Source: Desulfobacterales bacterium
Lineage (GTDB): Bacteria; Desulfobacterota; Desulfobacteria; Desulfobacterales; JAABRJ01
DNA length: 48,260 bases
Direction: 5' to 3'
Assembly (NCBI GenBank): GCA_046481705.1
Contig: JAWOJK010000134.1
Location: forward strand, 1-48,260
Shown in pieces: positions 47,949-48,260 of the stretch (the stretch's first letter is position 1; every line of letters begins with the position of its first letter). Under the pieces are notes generated by a model that was not told the origin of the DNA, ran no database searches, and saw nothing but the letters and a program-made list of their open reading frames with translations. The translations under genes were made by a program, and so were the position numbers.

Positions 47949-48221
47949 CTATTCGGGTTTCTCCATGGTTTCGTAGATCAGGTCTCCGAGAAATTTGAGT
48001 TCCAGGCCCAGTTGATTGACATGGATGATATCATCCAGCCCGCCGTGGCAGTTGTGGCAAGGGGCGATCACCGTCTTGACGCCCTTGGTCTTGACCCGGA
48101 AGAGCTGCTCGGCCTTGACGCGATTGCCGGCAACACGTTTGTTCTTGAAGGGCGGGCCGGTGTTGATCACCCCGCCACCGGCGCTGCAGCAGTAGTTGTG
48201 CTCCCGGTTGGGGTGCATTTC
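47949..48221 (-). CDS. tmcB: C-terminal fragment of a TmcB/HmcF-type CCG-domain Fe-S protein (5' part missing)
   Basis: EMHPNREHNYCCSAGGG...APCHNC. Similarity stops near 48221 and an in-frame TAG lies at 48240-48242. Confidence 0.75.
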   Translation of the reverse strand, partial: EMHPNREHNYCCSAGGGVINTGPPFKNKRVAGNRVKAEQLFRVKTKGVKTVIAPCHNCHGGLDDIIHVNQLGLELKFLGDLIYETMEKPE

Positions 48222-48260
48222 AGTCCTGGCTGTGCGCGTCTACCAGTGGTGCGATGGAAC

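Noticed and set aside
1-48260. CRISPR arrays, IS transposases, rRNA or defence systems
   Set aside because: No regularly spaced repeats, transposase motifs or rRNA-like tracts were seen by eye.

Overview
48 kb GC-rich chromosomal segment, most likely from a Desulfobacterota (Desulfobacterales-like) sulfate reducer, judged from the tmc, hdr and mvhD genes and the gene order. The left two-thirds is mostly housekeeping: tRNA-Glu with what looks like the edge of an integrated element at its 3' end, mltB, radA-rlmE-yebC, lolA, a ZraSR/ZraP sigma54 module with a double zinc-ribbon thioredoxin, an acyl-CoA ligase, grpE-dnaK, a large Alu-domain SRP RNA, tilS-ftsH-folP-cdaR-coaX, yggT-divIVA, two pilT-family ATPases and NrdR-boxed nrdDG. 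The right third is an energy-metabolism and signalling locus: REC-PAS-HisKA kinase, pseudo-receiver, HdrL (HdrA plus a GltD/NfnB-like NADP(H) module), MvhD, FdhB-like subunit, a double-module HdrA, HdrC and HdrB. It converges on the end of a tmc operon (tmcB fragment, tmcA, single-domain receiver, second REC-PAS-HisKA kinase). The standout is an intact CheY-like receiver domain inserted in the second HdrA, next to its inserted ferredoxin domain, which suggests a flavin-bifurcating complex controlled directly by two-component phosphorylation. The last ~39 nt do not belong to tmcB and look like an assembly chimera. All calls come from motif recognition by eye; no database searches were run.
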